A stretch of 32,000 nt of DNA, from NCBI RefSeq assembly GCF_001457595.1, contig NZ_LN831039.1:330001-362000 (forward strand), written 5' to 3'. Within the stretch, counting starts at the first letter, position 1, and the number at the start of each line of letters is the position of its first letter. The notes under the pieces are model-generated. The model did not search any database, had not been told where the DNA came from, and saw nothing but the letters and a program-made list of their open reading frames with translations. Shown here one piece after another: positions 22,902-32,000 of this stretch. Source of the stretch: Mycolicibacterium smegmatis (GTDB taxonomy: Bacteria; Actinomycetota; Actinomycetes; Mycobacteriales; Mycobacteriaceae). A program made the translations under genes and the position numbers.

Positions 22902-24404
22902 TTATTCGGGGGTGTACCCGAACGGCAGCAGCACGCTCTTGGACTCGCAGTAACCCGCGATGCCCTCGGGCCCGCACTCGCGGCCGATGCCGGAGTTCTT
23001 GTAGCCGCCGAACGGGGCGCCCGGATCGAATGCGTACATGTTGATGCCGTAGGTGCCCGTGCGGACCTTCGACGCGATCTCGACGCCCTTGGCGTGATCG
23101 GTGGTGTACACCGAACCGGCCAGGCCGTACACCGAGTCGTTGGCGATGCGCACGGCGTCGTCCTCGTCCTCGAAGGGGATCACCACGAGCACGGGCCCGA
23201 AGATCTCCTCCTGCGCGATGGTCATCGAGTTGTCGACGTCGGCGAACACCGTGGGCTGCACGAACCAGCCGGAATCCAGGCCCTCGGGACGACCGCCGCC
23301 GGTCACCAGACGCGCGCCCTCCTCGATGCCCTTCTTGATGTAGCCCTCGACGCGTTCGCGCTGCTTCTCGCTGATCAGCGGACCCACCATCGCCGCCGGG
23401 TCATCGGGCACGCCGACCTGCATCGCGGCGACACCCGCGGCGACCTTCTCCACGACCTCGTCGTAACGCGAGCGCGGTGCCAGGATGCGGGTCTGGCCGA
23501 CACATGCCTGCCCGGAGTTCATCAGACCCGAGAACAGCAGCATCGGCAGCGTCGAGTCCAGGTCGGCGTCCTCGAGGATGATCGCCGCGGATTTGCCGCC
23601 CAGTTCCAGCGTGCACGGCTTGAGCTTCTCGGCGGCGATCTTGCCGATCTCCTTGCCCACTGCGCTCGAGCCCGTGAACGTGAACTTGTCGAGCGCCGGG
23701 TTGTCGGTCAGCGCGCGGCCGGTCTCCGGGCCGCCGGGCACCACCGACAGCACACCCTCGGGCAGGCCGGCCTCGAGGAACTTCTGTGCCATGAGGTTGG
23801 TGGTCAGCGGTGTCTCGGCGGCCGGCTTGAGCACGATCGTGCAGCCCGCGAGCAGCGCCGGGCCCAGCTTGTTGGCCGCCAGGAAGAACGGCACGTTCCA
23901 GGCGACGACGGCGCCGACGACGCCGACGGGCTCCTTGAGCACCAGTGTCTGGCCGTAGATGCCGTCGCGGATGTCCTTCCACGCGAACTTGTCGGCCGCC
24001 GAGGCGTAGAACTGCAGCGTCGACATCGCCGCGCCGTACTGCATCATGTCGACGATGGTCTGCGGCTGGCCGGTCTCGAGCTTGAGCAGCGTCTTGAACT
24101 CGTCGGCGCTCTCCTCGATCAGCGCGGTCGCCTTGGCCAGCACGGCCTCGCGCTCCTGCGGCGTCATCCGCGGCCACGGCCCCTCGTCGAACGCCTTGCG
24201 CGCCGCGGCGCACGCGGCGTCGACGTCGGCCTTGGTCGCCAGCGGCGCCTGACCGACCTTCTCGCCGGTCGCGGGCGAGAAGACCTCGATGATCTCCGAC
24301 GACGAAGGCTCGACCCACTGGCCGCCGATGAACAGCTTGTCCCAGTTCGTCGTGGCCGCGGTCGCGGCCGATGCAGTCTGTGTCATGGCGGTCACACTAC
24401 TCAC
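22902..24404 (-). CDS. NAD(P)-dependent aldehyde dehydrogenase
   Basis: 500 aa with ELGGKSAAII (Glu motif), the GQACVGQTRI catalytic Cys and FTGSSAVGKEI. The start is GTG 24404 or ATG 24386. Confidence 0.93.
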   Translation of the reverse strand: MSSVTAMTQTASAATAATTNWDKLFIGGQWVEPSSSEIIEVFSPATGEKVGQAPLATKADVDAACAAARKAFDEGPWPRMTPQEREAVLAKATALIEESADEFKTLLKLETGQPQTIVDMMQYGAAMSTLQFYASAADKFAWKDIRDGIYGQTLVLKEPVGVVGAVVAWNVPFFLAANKLGPALLAGCTIVLKPAAETPLTTNLMAQKFLEAGLPEGVLSVVPGGPETGRALTDNPALDKFTFTGSSAVGKEIGKIAAEKLKPCTLELGGKSAAIILEDADLDSTLPMLLFSGLMNSGQACVGQTRILAPRSRYDEVVEKVAAGVAAMQVGVPDDPAAMVGPLISEKQRERVEGYIKKGIEEGARLVTGGGRPEGLDSGWFVQPTVFADVDNSMTIAQEEIFGPVLVVIPFEDEDDAVRIANDSVYGLAGSVYTTDHAKGVEIASKVRTGTYGINMYAFDPGAPFGGYKNSGIGRECGPEGIAGYCESKSVLLPFGYTPE

Positions 24405-24417
24405 TTCCCTGTGAAAC

Positions 24418-24431
24418 GAGAACCTGTTCCA
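24418..24431. promoter_or_regulatory. Second KstR-like site (minus strand TGGAACAGGTTCTC)
   Basis: It shares TGGAAC-nn-GTTCT with 20425-20438, and one outer position deviates from TnnAACnnGTTnnA. It lies 14-27 nt upstream of the aldehyde dehydrogenase GTG. Confidence 0.4.
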
Positions 24432-24441
24432 GTTGGGGAGG

Positions 24442-25206
24442 TTACCGGCGCGACAGAACCAGCACCAGGTTGCTCACCGCGAATTCGCGGAAACCCGGTA
24501 TCGAGGTCATCCACCAGGCCCATCGTGGGTGGTAGCGGGGGAATGCGGCCACCAGTGCGCCCGTGGAGCGCGCCCACTGCAAGCCGTCGGCCGCCGACAC
24601 CGCGAACAACGACGATCCGTAGTCATTCTTCGGCCGGTGACCGTGCCTGCGCGTGTAGCGTTCGGCGGCCCGTGCGCCGCCGAGATAGTGCGTCAGGCCC
24701 ATCTCGTGACCGCCGAACGGCCCCAGCCACACGGTGTACGACAGCACCGCGAGCCCGCCGGGACGGGTCACCCGCAGCATCTCGTTGCCCAGTCGCCACG
24801 GGTTGCGCACATGCTCGGCGACGTTCGACGACAGGCAGATGTCGACGCTGGAGTCGGCGAACGGCAACGCCATGCCGGACGCCCGGACGAACACCCCGGC
24901 GCCCGGTTCACCCGCCGGACCTGCGTGCATCTCGCGCGGATCGGGTTCGACGCCCACATAGCGCATACCGGCCTGCTCGAACGCCGACGCGAAGTAACCG
25001 GGTCCGCCGCCCACGTCGAGCACCGTGCGACCTGCGGGGGAATCACCCGTCACGCCGGTCCAGAGGTCGGCGACCATGGCGACCGTGTCGTCGGCCAGGG
25101 CGCCGTAGAACCGGGCCGGTTCGGACTGCTCGAAGCGGAACTGGGACAGCAGGCGCACCGACCGGCGGAGCGTCGCCCGGCCGGCGAAGCGGTCGGTGGG
25201 ATTCAC
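24442..25206 (-). CDS. Class I SAM-dependent methyltransferase (Rv0224c-like)
   Basis: 254 aa with a GTG start and SAM motif I VLDVGGGPGYF. Confidence 0.88.
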   Translation of the reverse strand: MNPTDRFAGRATLRRSVRLLSQFRFEQSEPARFYGALADDTVAMVADLWTGVTGDSPAGRTVLDVGGGPGYFASAFEQAGMRYVGVEPDPREMHAGPAGEPGAGVFVRASGMALPFADSSVDICLSSNVAEHVRNPWRLGNEMLRVTRPGGLAVLSYTVWLGPFGGHEMGLTHYLGGARAAERYTRRHGHRPKNDYGSSLFAVSAADGLQWARSTGALVAAFPRYHPRWAWWMTSIPGFREFAVSNLVLVLSRR

Positions 25207-25239
25207 CCGCTCAACCTACTCACCGGTACTCTCGATTCG

Positions 25240-26415
25240 ATGTCTGCCCGGCCCGAGTCTGCTCCGCACGTGCGGCGAGTGCTGCTGCTGTGCTGGCGCG
25301 ACACCGGCCACCCGCAGGGCGGCGGCAGCGAGGCGTACGTGCAGCGCATCGGCGCATACCTGGCAGGCCGCGGTGTCGACGTCACGCTGCGCACGGCGCG
25401 CTATCCCGGTTCGGCGCGCACCGAGGTGGTCGACGGCGTGCGCATCAGCCGTGGTGGCGGGCCCTACACCGTCTACATCTGGGCCGGTCTGGCGATGGTG
25501 CTCGCGCGCATAGGGCTGGGGCCGCTGCGCCGCGCGCGGCCCGACGTGGTGATCGACACCCAGAACGGGTTGCCGTTCCTCGCGCGGCTCGCGTTCGGCC
25601 GGCGCGTCGCGGTGCTCGTGCACCACTGCCACCGCGAGTTGTGGCCCGTCGCCGGTCCTGTCATGGGTCGTATCGGCTGGTTCGTGGAGTCGTGGCTGTC
25701 GCCGCGGCTGCACCGGCGCAACCAGTACGTCACGGTGTCACTGCCGTCGGCCCGTGACCTCAATGAACTCGGTGTCGATTCACAGCGGATCGCGGTGGTG
25801 CGCAACGGACTCGACGAGGCACCCGCGACCACCCTGAAGCTGCCCCGCTCGGAGACCCCGCGCCTGGTGGTGTTGTCACGGCTGGTGCCGCACAAACAGA
25901 TCGAGGATGCGCTGGAAGCCGTCGCGCAACTGCGCACCGAGATGCCTGATGTGCACCTGGACATCCTCGGCGACGGCTGGTGGCGGGAACGCCTGGTCGA
26001 ACACGCCGAACTGCTGGGCATCACCGACGCGGTGACCTTCCACGGTCACGTCGACGAGGACACCAAACATCGTGTACTGCAACGCAGTTGGGTGCACGTG
26101 CTGCCGTCGCGCAAGGAAGGCTGGGGCCTGGCGGTCACCGAGGCAGCGCAGCACGCCGTGCCCACCATCGGCTACCGCTCGTCGGGCGGACTGACGGACT
26201 CTGTCGTCGACGGGGTCACCGGCCTGCTCGTCGACGACCGCGACGGGCTGGTCGCGGGGTTGCGCCAGTTGGTGTCCGATCCCGTGCTGCGCACGCAACT
26301 GGGCACCAAGGCGCAGACCCGCAGCGACGAGTTCTCGTGGGCGCAGAGCGCCGACGCCATGTGCACGGTGCTGGAGTCGGTCCGCGCGGGTCGATACCTC
26401 AGCGGCCTGGTCTGA
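25240..26415 (+). CDS. GT4-family (GT-B) glycosyltransferase (Rv0225-like)
   Basis: The start is set to ATG 25240 (MSARPESAPHVRRVLLLCWRD...), giving 391 aa. It has EGWGLAVTEAAQHAVPTIG (the Ex7E region). The track extension back to 24433 is antisense to the methyltransferase and is rejected. Confidence 0.88.
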   Translation: MSARPESAPHVRRVLLLCWRDTGHPQGGGSEAYVQRIGAYLAGRGVDVTLRTARYPGSARTEVVDGVRISRGGGPYTVYIWAGLAMVLARIGLGPLRRARPDVVIDTQNGLPFLARLAFGRRVAVLVHHCHRELWPVAGPVMGRIGWFVESWLSPRLHRRNQYVTVSLPSARDLNELGVDSQRIAVVRNGLDEAPATTLKLPRSETPRLVVLSRLVPHKQIEDALEAVAQLRTEMPDVHLDILGDGWWRERLVEHAELLGITDAVTFHGHVDEDTKHRVLQRSWVHVLPSRKEGWGLAVTEAAQHAVPTIGYRSSGGLTDSVVDGVTGLLVDDRDGLVAGLRQLVSDPVLRTQLGTKAQTRSDEFSWAQSADAMCTVLESVRAGRYLSGLV

Positions 26416-26421
26416 CGCCGC

Positions 26422-27051
26422 TCAGGACGCCCCGGCGGCCGCCTTCGCGGTGCGGGCCAGCCGCGCCACCTCGGCCCAGTCCTTGCGCCCCACCACATCT
26501 GCGGGCGTCAACCAGCTGCCGCCCACGCAGCCGACGTTCGGGCTCGCCAGGTAGTCGCCCATGTTGGCGGGCGTGATCCCGCCGGTGGGGCAGAACCGTG
26601 CCGCGGGGACGGGCGAGTGGATGGCGCGCAGATACTTCGCGCCGCCGGCCTGCTCGGCCGGGAAGAACTTCAGCTCGGTGTAGCCCTCCTCGAGCAGGGT
26701 GAGCACCTCCGACACCGTGGACACCCCGGGCAGGTGCGGTAACCCGCTGTCGCGCATCGCCGCACGCAGCGACGGCGTGCTACCGGGTGACACCAGGAAC
26801 TGGGCCCCGTTGGCGGCGGCCTGTTTCGGTTGTGCGGAGTCGACGACGGTGCCCGCACCGACGAGGATCTCGGGCACCTCGTCGGCGATCCGCTTGATGG
26901 CGTCGAGCGCCGCGGGTGTGCGCAGCGTCAGCTCGATGACCGGTAACCCGCCCTCGACCAGTGCCTTGGCGATCGGCACCGCGTCGGCGGCGTCGTGCAC
27001 GACGACGACGGGGATGACGGGGACGAGGTCGAGCAGGGAATCGAGACTCAT
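26422..27051 (-). CDS. eda: KDPG/KHG aldolase
   Basis: The start is set to ATG 27051, which overlaps the edd stop (ATGA), giving 209 aa. It reads VIELTLRTP...GAGTV...ELKFFPAE (Schiff-base Lys context). Confidence 0.9.
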   Translation of the reverse strand: MSLDSLLDLVPVIPVVVVHDAADAVPIAKALVEGGLPVIELTLRTPAALDAIKRIADEVPEILVGAGTVVDSAQPKQAAANGAQFLVSPGSTPSLRAAMRDSGLPHLPGVSTVSEVLTLLEEGYTELKFFPAEQAGGAKYLRAIHSPVPAARFCPTGGITPANMGDYLASPNVGCVGGSWLTPADVVGRKDWAEVARLARTAKAAAGAS

Positions 27052-28877
27052 ACGGCACTCCTGAAGATCGTGGCGCCCTGGTCGGCCGGGCCGACGCTGG
27101 CACGCAAGGTGGCGAAGAGTTCCCGGCCGGTGCCGGTCCACTCGTCGTTGGTGGGGGCCTGCCCGGTGCTGGACCGGGCAGCGAGGTCCGCGGGCGCGAC
27201 GTCGACCGACAACGTACCGGCCGTGGCGTCGACGGTGATGACGTCGCCGTCGCGAACCCGCGACAGCGGCCCGCCCGCGGCGGCCTCCGGCGTGACGTGG
27301 ATGGCCGCGGGCACCTTGCCCGAAGCGCCCGACATGCGCCCGTCGGTCACCAGCGCGACCTTGAACCCGCGGTCCTGCAGCACCCCCAGCGCCGGGGTGA
27401 GCTTGTGCAGTTCGGGCATACCGAGCGCCTGCGGTCCCTGGTATCGCAAGACGCCGACGAAATCGCGGTCGAGTTCACCGGCCCCGAACGCCTCGAGGAA
27501 CGCCTCCTGGCTGTCGAACACGGCCGCGGGTGCGACGACCGTGCGATGTTCGGGGTCGACCGCCGAGGTCTTCATGACGCTCGTGCCGAGATTGCCCGAG
27601 AGTGTCTTGAGCCCGCCGTCGGGCGCGAACGGGTCGTCGACCCCGCGCAGCACGTCGGTGTCGAGGCTCGCGTGCACCCCGTCGCGCCAGCGCAGCACCC
27701 CGTCGTCGAGGTAGGGCTCGGTGGTGTAGCGGCGCAGGCCCGGTCCGGCCACGGTCGTGACGTTCTCGTGCAGCAGCCCGGCGTCGAGCAGCGACCGGAC
27801 CAGAAACGCCATGCCGCCTGCGGCCTGGAAGTGGTTGACGTCGGCCTTGCCGTTGGGATAGATCCGCGCGAGCAGCGGTACGACCGCCGACAGATCGGCA
27901 ATGTCGTTCCAGGTCAGGATGATTCCCGCGGCGCGGGCGATCGCGACCAGATGCATGGTGTGGTTGGTCGACCCACCTGTGGCCAGCAGCGCGACGGCCC
28001 CGTTGACCACGGCGCGCTCGTCGACCACGGCGCCGACCGGTGTGTAGGCGTCGCCCAGGGCGGTCACCTCGGCGGCCCGTGCACCTGCCGCTGCGGTCAG
28101 CGCCTCACGCAGCGGGGTGTCCGGCGTCACCAGGCTGGACCCGGGCAGATGCAGGCCCATCGCCTCCATGAGCAGCTGGTTGGAGTTCGCGGTGCCGTAG
28201 AACGTGCACGTGCCGCGCCCGTGGTACGACGCGGCCTCGGCGTCGAGCAGGGCCTCACGGTCGACCTTGCCCTCGGCGAACATCTGGCGGATGCGGGACT
28301 TCTCTCCGTTGGGCAGTCCCGAGGTCATCGGGCCGGCGGGCACGAAGATCGCGGGCAAGTGGCCGAAACTCAGCGCACCGATCAGCATGCCCGGCACGAT
28401 CTTGTCGCACACGCCGAGCAACAGCGCGGCGTCGAACATGTCGTGGGACAAGGCAATTGCCGTCGACATGGCGATCACGTCGCGCGAGAACAACGACAGC
28501 TGCATACCGGCGCGGCCCTGCGTGATGCCGTCGCACATCGCGGGCACGCCGCCTGCGACCTGGGCGATGGCGCCGGCGCCCAGTGCCGCGGCCTTCAGTT
28601 GGGCCGGGTAGTCCTCGAATGGCTTGTGCGCCGAGAGCATGTCGTTGTAGGACGACACGATCGCCAGGTTGGGTTTGACGATGCGGCGCAACGCCTCTTT
28701 GTCGGCTGGTTCGGTCGCGGCGAATCCGTGCGCCAGGTTGGCGCACGCCAGGCGGCCGCGGGCCGGGCCGCGGTGCGTCTGTTCGGCCATGCGCTCCAGG
28801 TACACGTCGCGGGTCGCGGCGCTGCGCTCGACGATGCGGCGCGTGACCTCCGCGACGGTCGGGTGGACGGTGCTCAT
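27048..28877 (-). CDS. edd: Phosphogluconate dehydratase
   Basis: 609 aa in the IlvD/Edd family. The N-terminus [20 protein letters not shown]...[12 protein letters not shown] is typical of Edd rather than IlvD. It sits between zwf and eda with 4-nt overlaps on both sides. Confidence 0.92.
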   Translation of the reverse strand: MSTVHPTVAEVTRRIVERSAATRDVYLERMAEQTHRGPARGRLACANLAHGFAATEPADKEALRRIVKPNLAIVSSYNDMLSAHKPFEDYPAQLKAAALGAGAIAQVAGGVPAMCDGITQGRAGMQLSLFSRDVIAMSTAIALSHDMFDAALLLGVCDKIVPGMLIGALSFGHLPAIFVPAGPMTSGLPNGEKSRIRQMFAEGKVDREALLDAEAASYHGRGTCTFYGTANSNQLLMEAMGLHLPGSSLVTPDTPLREALTAAAGARAAEVTALGDAYTPVGAVVDERAVVNGAVALLATGGSTNHTMHLVAIARAAGIILTWNDIADLSAVVPLLARIYPNGKADVNHFQAAGGMAFLVRSLLDAGLLHENVTTVAGPGLRRYTTEPYLDDGVLRWRDGVHASLDTDVLRGVDDPFAPDGGLKTLSGNLGTSVMKTSAVDPEHRTVVAPAAVFDSQEAFLEAFGAGELDRDFVGVLRYQGPQALGMPELHKLTPALGVLQDRGFKVALVTDGRMSGASGKVPAAIHVTPEAAAGGPLSRVRDGDVITVDATAGTLSVDVAPADLAARSSTGQAPTNDEWTGTGRELFATLRASVGPADQGATIFRSAV

Positions 28878-30361
28878 GCTGCTCCTCCATGCCAGCGCCG
28901 GCCATCGCGCTCGATGAGCGTGGCGGCGTCAACGGGTCCATCGGTGCCTGCCGGGTAGGTCCGGGGCACCCGGTCGGCGTCCTGCCAGTGGCGCAGGATC
29001 GGTTCGGCCCAGGCCCACGCGGCCTCGACCTCGTCGCGACGCATGAACAATGTGGGATCCCCACGCACGACGTCCATGAGCAGCCGTTCGTAGGCATCGG
29101 GGGAGCGCTCGGGGAAGGCCTCGGTGTAGTTGAGCGCCAACGAAACCGGCCGCAGACGGCCGCCGGAACCGGGTTCCTTCGCGGTCATCTCAAGCCGGAT
29201 GGCCTCGTCGGGCTGCAGCGAGATGATCAGCCGGTTCGGTTCCGAGGTGCCTTCGATGCCCGGGAACATCGGCAGCGGAACGGGTTTGAACTGCACGACG
29301 ATCTCGGAGAAGCGCTGCGACATCCTTTTCCCGGTGCGCAGGTAGAACGGCACGCCGGCCCAGCGCCAGTTCCTGATGTGCGCCTTGACCGCGACGAACG
29401 TCTCGGTGCGGCTGTGCGGGTCGGCGACCTCCTCGCGGTAACTTCCCACCACCTCGTCGCCGACGAGGCCGGGACCGTACTGCCCGGTGACGGTGTCGCG
29501 CTGGGTCTGTTCGGCCGTCAGCGGCTCGAGGGCTTCGAGCACCTTGCGCTTCTCGTCGCGCACGGATTCGCGGTTGACGTGGGTCGGCGGTTCCATCGCC
29601 ACGAGGCAGAGCACCTGCAGCAGGTGGTTCTGCAGCATGTCGCGCAGTGCACCCGACTGGTCGTAGTAGTCGCCGCGGGCACCCACACCGAGCGATTCGG
29701 CCGCGGTGATCTGTACGTGGTCGATGCGGCTGGAGTTCCACAGCGGCTCAAGCCAGGTGTTGCCGAAGCGTGTGACCAGCAGCTGCTGCACGCTCTCCTT
29801 GCCGAGGTAGTGGTCGATGCGGAAGATCTGGTGCTCGGCGAACACCGCGCCAACAGCCTCGTTGATCTGTTGCGCGGACGCCAGATCCCGCCCGATCGGC
29901 TTCTCCAGCACGACCCGCGAGGACTCGGTGACCAGTCCCTGCGCGCCGAGCGCGCCGCAGATCGGCCCGAACAGGGCGGGAGCGCAGGCCAGGTAGAACA
30001 CCCGGATGTCGTGTCCCGACCCTCCGTCGGGCGAGGTCAGGACGTCACCGACGGCCGCGTAGTCCGACGGTTCGGTGAGATCGACGCTGACGAACCGCAG
30101 GCGGCTCAGGAAACGGTCGACGACGTCGGAGTCCAGCAGGTCGGGTTCGACGTGCCGGGCGAGTCCGGCACGGACCGTGTTGCGGTATCCCGCGTCGTCC
30201 AGGCCGGCCTTGGCCACACCGATGATCCGGGTGGCGCCTGCGAGCTGGCCGTCTCGGTCCCGCAGGTACAGGGCGGGCAGGAGCTTACGCGCGGCGAGGT
30301 CGCCGGTGCCGCCGAAGATCACGAAATCGCACGGATCGACGGGGCTGGGGGTTCGGTTCAT
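28874..30361 (-). CDS. zwf: Glucose-6-phosphate 1-dehydrogenase
   Basis: 495 aa with [20 protein letters not shown] and RIDHYLGKE signatures. AGGAGG sits 5 nt upstream of ATG 30361. Confidence 0.93.
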   Translation of the reverse strand: MNRTPSPVDPCDFVIFGGTGDLAARKLLPALYLRDRDGQLAGATRIIGVAKAGLDDAGYRNTVRAGLARHVEPDLLDSDVVDRFLSRLRFVSVDLTEPSDYAAVGDVLTSPDGGSGHDIRVFYLACAPALFGPICGALGAQGLVTESSRVVLEKPIGRDLASAQQINEAVGAVFAEHQIFRIDHYLGKESVQQLLVTRFGNTWLEPLWNSSRIDHVQITAAESLGVGARGDYYDQSGALRDMLQNHLLQVLCLVAMEPPTHVNRESVRDEKRKVLEALEPLTAEQTQRDTVTGQYGPGLVGDEVVGSYREEVADPHSRTETFVAVKAHIRNWRWAGVPFYLRTGKRMSQRFSEIVVQFKPVPLPMFPGIEGTSEPNRLIISLQPDEAIRLEMTAKEPGSGGRLRPVSLALNYTEAFPERSPDAYERLLMDVVRGDPTLFMRRDEVEAAWAWAEPILRHWQDADRVPRTYPAGTDGPVDAATLIERDGRRWHGGAA

Positions 30362-30382
30362 CGAAGCCTCCTAGAGAGGAGC

Positions 30383-30412
30383 AGGAGCTGGATCGATAGG
30401 AGCTGGATCGAT
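30383..30412. repeat. Perfect tandem direct repeat 2 x 15 bp (AGGAGCTGGATCGAT), preceded by a partial third unit AGGAGC
   Basis: Read directly: ...gAGGAGC AGGAGCTGGATCGAT AGGAGCTGGATCGAT tcag. It lies 22-51 nt upstream of the zwf ATG, in the zwf/ROK divergent region. Confidence 0.95.
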
Positions 30413-30494
30413 TCAGCCTCAAACGCTAGACCCGCATTAGGACTTTGGCAAACGTACTTATGTACTTCAAAGACCTAAATAATGCGTTCTTTGT

Positions 30495-31709
30495 TTGCTC
30501 CATGCGCTCAGATGCGGTTCCATGGAGGCCATGCCGCCTCCTGCGACGCTGGTGTCGCCCACCCCCGGAGAGGTCTTCGCGCTGATCAGGGATCGCCGGG
30601 CCACCACGCGCGGTGAACTCGGGCGGCTCACGGGCCTGTCCCGCACCGCGGTCACGGCACGCGTTGCGGCCCTGGAGGCCGGCGGCCTGGTGATCGAGCG
30701 CGATCAGGCGTCGACGGGTGGGCGGCCGGCGGCGCAACTGATGTTCAACGTCGACGCGGGCGTGGTGTTCTCCGCGGCGATCGGACGCAGCCGCACGCAA
30801 CTCGCGGTCTGCAACCTCGACGGCACCATCCTGGCGTCCACCGACATCGACCAGGAGCCGGGTATCGCACCCGACGACCTCCTGCCCGACCTCGTCAAAC
30901 GGCTCGACATGCTGCTCGACGAGTCGGCCCGCCGCGACGCACACATCTTCGGCGTCGGGCTCAGCCTGCCCGGCACGGTCGATCAGCGCACCGGCGCCAG
31001 CCTGGATTCACCGAACATGAGCGGCTGGGACGGCGTGCCGCTCGCCCCGTATTTCACGAGCCTCACCGACGCCCCGGTCGTCATCGACAACGACGCCAAC
31101 GCCATCGCCGTGGCCGAAAGGCGCGGCGGCTACGGCGAATACGACGACATGCTGGTGGTCAAGGCGTCCACCGGCCTTGCCGCCGGGATCATCATGGGCG
31201 GACAACTCCAGCGGGGCGCCGTACAGGCCGCCGGGGAGTTCGGCCACAGCAAGACGGCCGCCGCGGCCGGCGTGCACTGCCGGTGCGGCGACACGGGCTG
31301 CCTCGAGGCGATCGCGGGTGGCTGGGCGCTGGTGCGTGCGCTGCAGCGTGACGGCCGTGCGGTGAACCACCTGCGTGACGTCGTGGCGCTCGCGCACACG
31401 GGCGACCCCGAGGCGCGCCGCATGATCCGGGAGAGCGGACGCCACATCGGCGAGGTGCTCGCCGCCGCGGTCAACCTGCTCAACCCGGCCGTGCTGGTGA
31501 TCGCGGGAGACATGGTCGGCGCGTACGACCTGTTTGTCGCGGGTCTACGGGAAACCTTGTACGGCAACGCCACCGCGTTGGCCACCCGCACCCTCCAGAT
31601 CGTGCCGTCCATCCATCGGGAGCGCTCCAGCATGGTCGGCTGCGCCACCAACGTGCTCGACCGGGTGCTCAGCCCGGACGCGGTCGATGCCGCCATGTAC
31701 GGCGACTGA
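30495..31709 (+). CDS. ROK-family transcriptional regulator (N-terminal HTH plus sugar-kinase-like domain)
   Basis: It has an HTH region RGELGRLTGLSRTAVTARVAALEAGGLV, the ROK zinc motif GHSKTAAAAGVHCRCGDTGCLE and DNDANA. The track start is TTG 30495; ATG 30522 or 30531 are alternatives. Confidence 0.88.
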   Translation: MLHALRCGSMEAMPPPATLVSPTPGEVFALIRDRRATTRGELGRLTGLSRTAVTARVAALEAGGLVIERDQASTGGRPAAQLMFNVDAGVVFSAAIGRSRTQLAVCNLDGTILASTDIDQEPGIAPDDLLPDLVKRLDMLLDESARRDAHIFGVGLSLPGTVDQRTGASLDSPNMSGWDGVPLAPYFTSLTDAPVVIDNDANAIAVAERRGGYGEYDDMLVVKASTGLAAGIIMGGQLQRGAVQAAGEFGHSKTAAAAGVHCRCGDTGCLEAIAGGWALVRALQRDGRAVNHLRDVVALAHTGDPEARRMIRESGRHIGEVLAAAVNLLNPAVLVIAGDMVGAYDLFVAGLRETLYGNATALATRTLQIVPSIHRERSSMVGCATNVLDRVLSPDAVDAAMYGD

Positions 31710-32000
31710 GCACGCGCCCGACGCGTCCCGCGACGAGCCCGAGGGCGCCGCCGGCCAGCGCCGCCAGCCACACCAGGTGCGCTGCGATCAGCAGACCGCG
31801 ATGCGGCGACGACGGGGCTTCGCCGCCGATGCGTTGCGCCGTGATCCCGCTGTCGGTTTCACGGACCAGCCAGCCCACGCCCGCTTCGGCGAGTTGTTGC
31901 GGCGACGCGCCATCGCGCAGCAGGCCCTGCACCGCACGGGCCCGCGCACCCTCACCCGGCACGGTCCGGCCCCCGATGAGCAGATCGCCCGTGGTCAGCA
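31669..32000 (-). CDS. C-terminal part of a hypothetical membrane-anchored protein (enters from beyond the window)
   Basis: The frame is open from nt 32000 to the stop at 31669 with high third-position GC. A hydrophobic segment GLLIAAHLVWLAALAGGALGLVAG is followed by a basic tail. The 3' end overlaps the convergent ROK gene by 41 nt. No family was recognised. Confidence 0.45.
   Translation of the reverse strand, partial: LTTGDLLIGGRTVPGEGARARAVQGLLRDGASPQQLAEAGVGWLVRETDSGITAQRIGGEAPSSPHRGLLIAAHLVWLAALAGGALGLVAGRVGRVLSRRTWRHRPRPG

Noticed and set aside
24433-25239. N-terminal extension of the glycosyltransferase ORF (660-aa model)
   Set aside because: The extension is antisense to the methyltransferase. 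GT4 homology begins at MSARPESAPHVRRVLLL (ATG 25240).
22701-25757. 1018-aa plus-strand ORF, the longest in the track
   Set aside because: It runs antisense through the aldehyde dehydrogenase and methyltransferase genes and out of frame into the glycosyltransferase. The translation is Arg/Ala/Pro/Gly-rich low-complexity sequence with no recognisable domain. It is a typical stop-free antisense frame in high-GC DNA.
27297-30478. 553-aa (27297-28958) and 529-aa (28889-30478) plus-strand ORFs
   Set aside because: They are antisense to edd and zwf. The RSWIDRSWID at the end of the second ORF is just the translated 15-bp tandem repeat.
1-32000. Search for CRISPR arrays, tRNA/rRNA genes, IS elements, integrases, toxin-antitoxin or phage-defence modules
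   Set aside because: There are no spaced direct-repeat arrays. No intergenic region is long enough, or structured like, a tRNA or rRNA. No transposase-, integrase- or TA-like ORFs were recognised. The only tandem repeat is the 2 x 15 bp unit at 30383-30412.

Overview
High-GC actinobacterial chromosomal DNA. The protein at 20491-21318 is, from memory, essentially the Mycolicibacterium (Mycobacterium) smegmatis arylamine N-acetyltransferase, so this is M. smegmatis or a very close relative. I support 31 protein-coding genes. I see no rRNA, tRNA, CRISPR array, transposase or integrase. In order: (i) a phosphonate-type module with a HutC/PhnF-like repressor, a PhnZ-like HD oxygenase and a divergent FAD oxidoreductase with a palindromic operator between them. 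(ii) A LipC-like esterase plus a WS/DGAT. (iii) A ~7.7 kb minus-strand oxidative cluster: TauD-type dioxygenase, two diverged copies of a 'Rieske oxygenase alpha + ~110-aa protein' gene pair, SDR, FNR/2Fe-2S reductase, MarR and an amidohydrolase. It is flanked by an amidohydrolase_2 enzyme, a GlcD-like FAD oxidase and an MDR oxidoreductase. (iv) A second LipC-like esterase with an acyl-CoA synthetase and a PlsC-type acyltransferase. (v) nat, an AraC-type regulator with N-terminal DNA-binding domain, and a RibD_C/DHFR-like protein. (vi) An aldehyde dehydrogenase, methyltransferase and GT4 glycosyltransferase block. (vii) A zwf-edd-eda Entner-Doudoroff operon divergent from a ROK regulator. (viii) A partial membrane-anchored ORF at the right edge. 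The most interesting signals are: the duplicated Rieske+small-protein module; the loss of both canonical Rieske His ligands in one copy; an HxH-less amidohydrolase; a shared 21-bp operator-like motif in two promoters of that cluster; KstR-type operator matches; Shine-Dalgarno-sequestering hairpins before the WS/DGAT and zwf genes; and a perfect 15-bp tandem repeat in the zwf leader. Many very long ORFs in the track (up to 1018 aa) are antisense or high-GC artefacts and are rejected.
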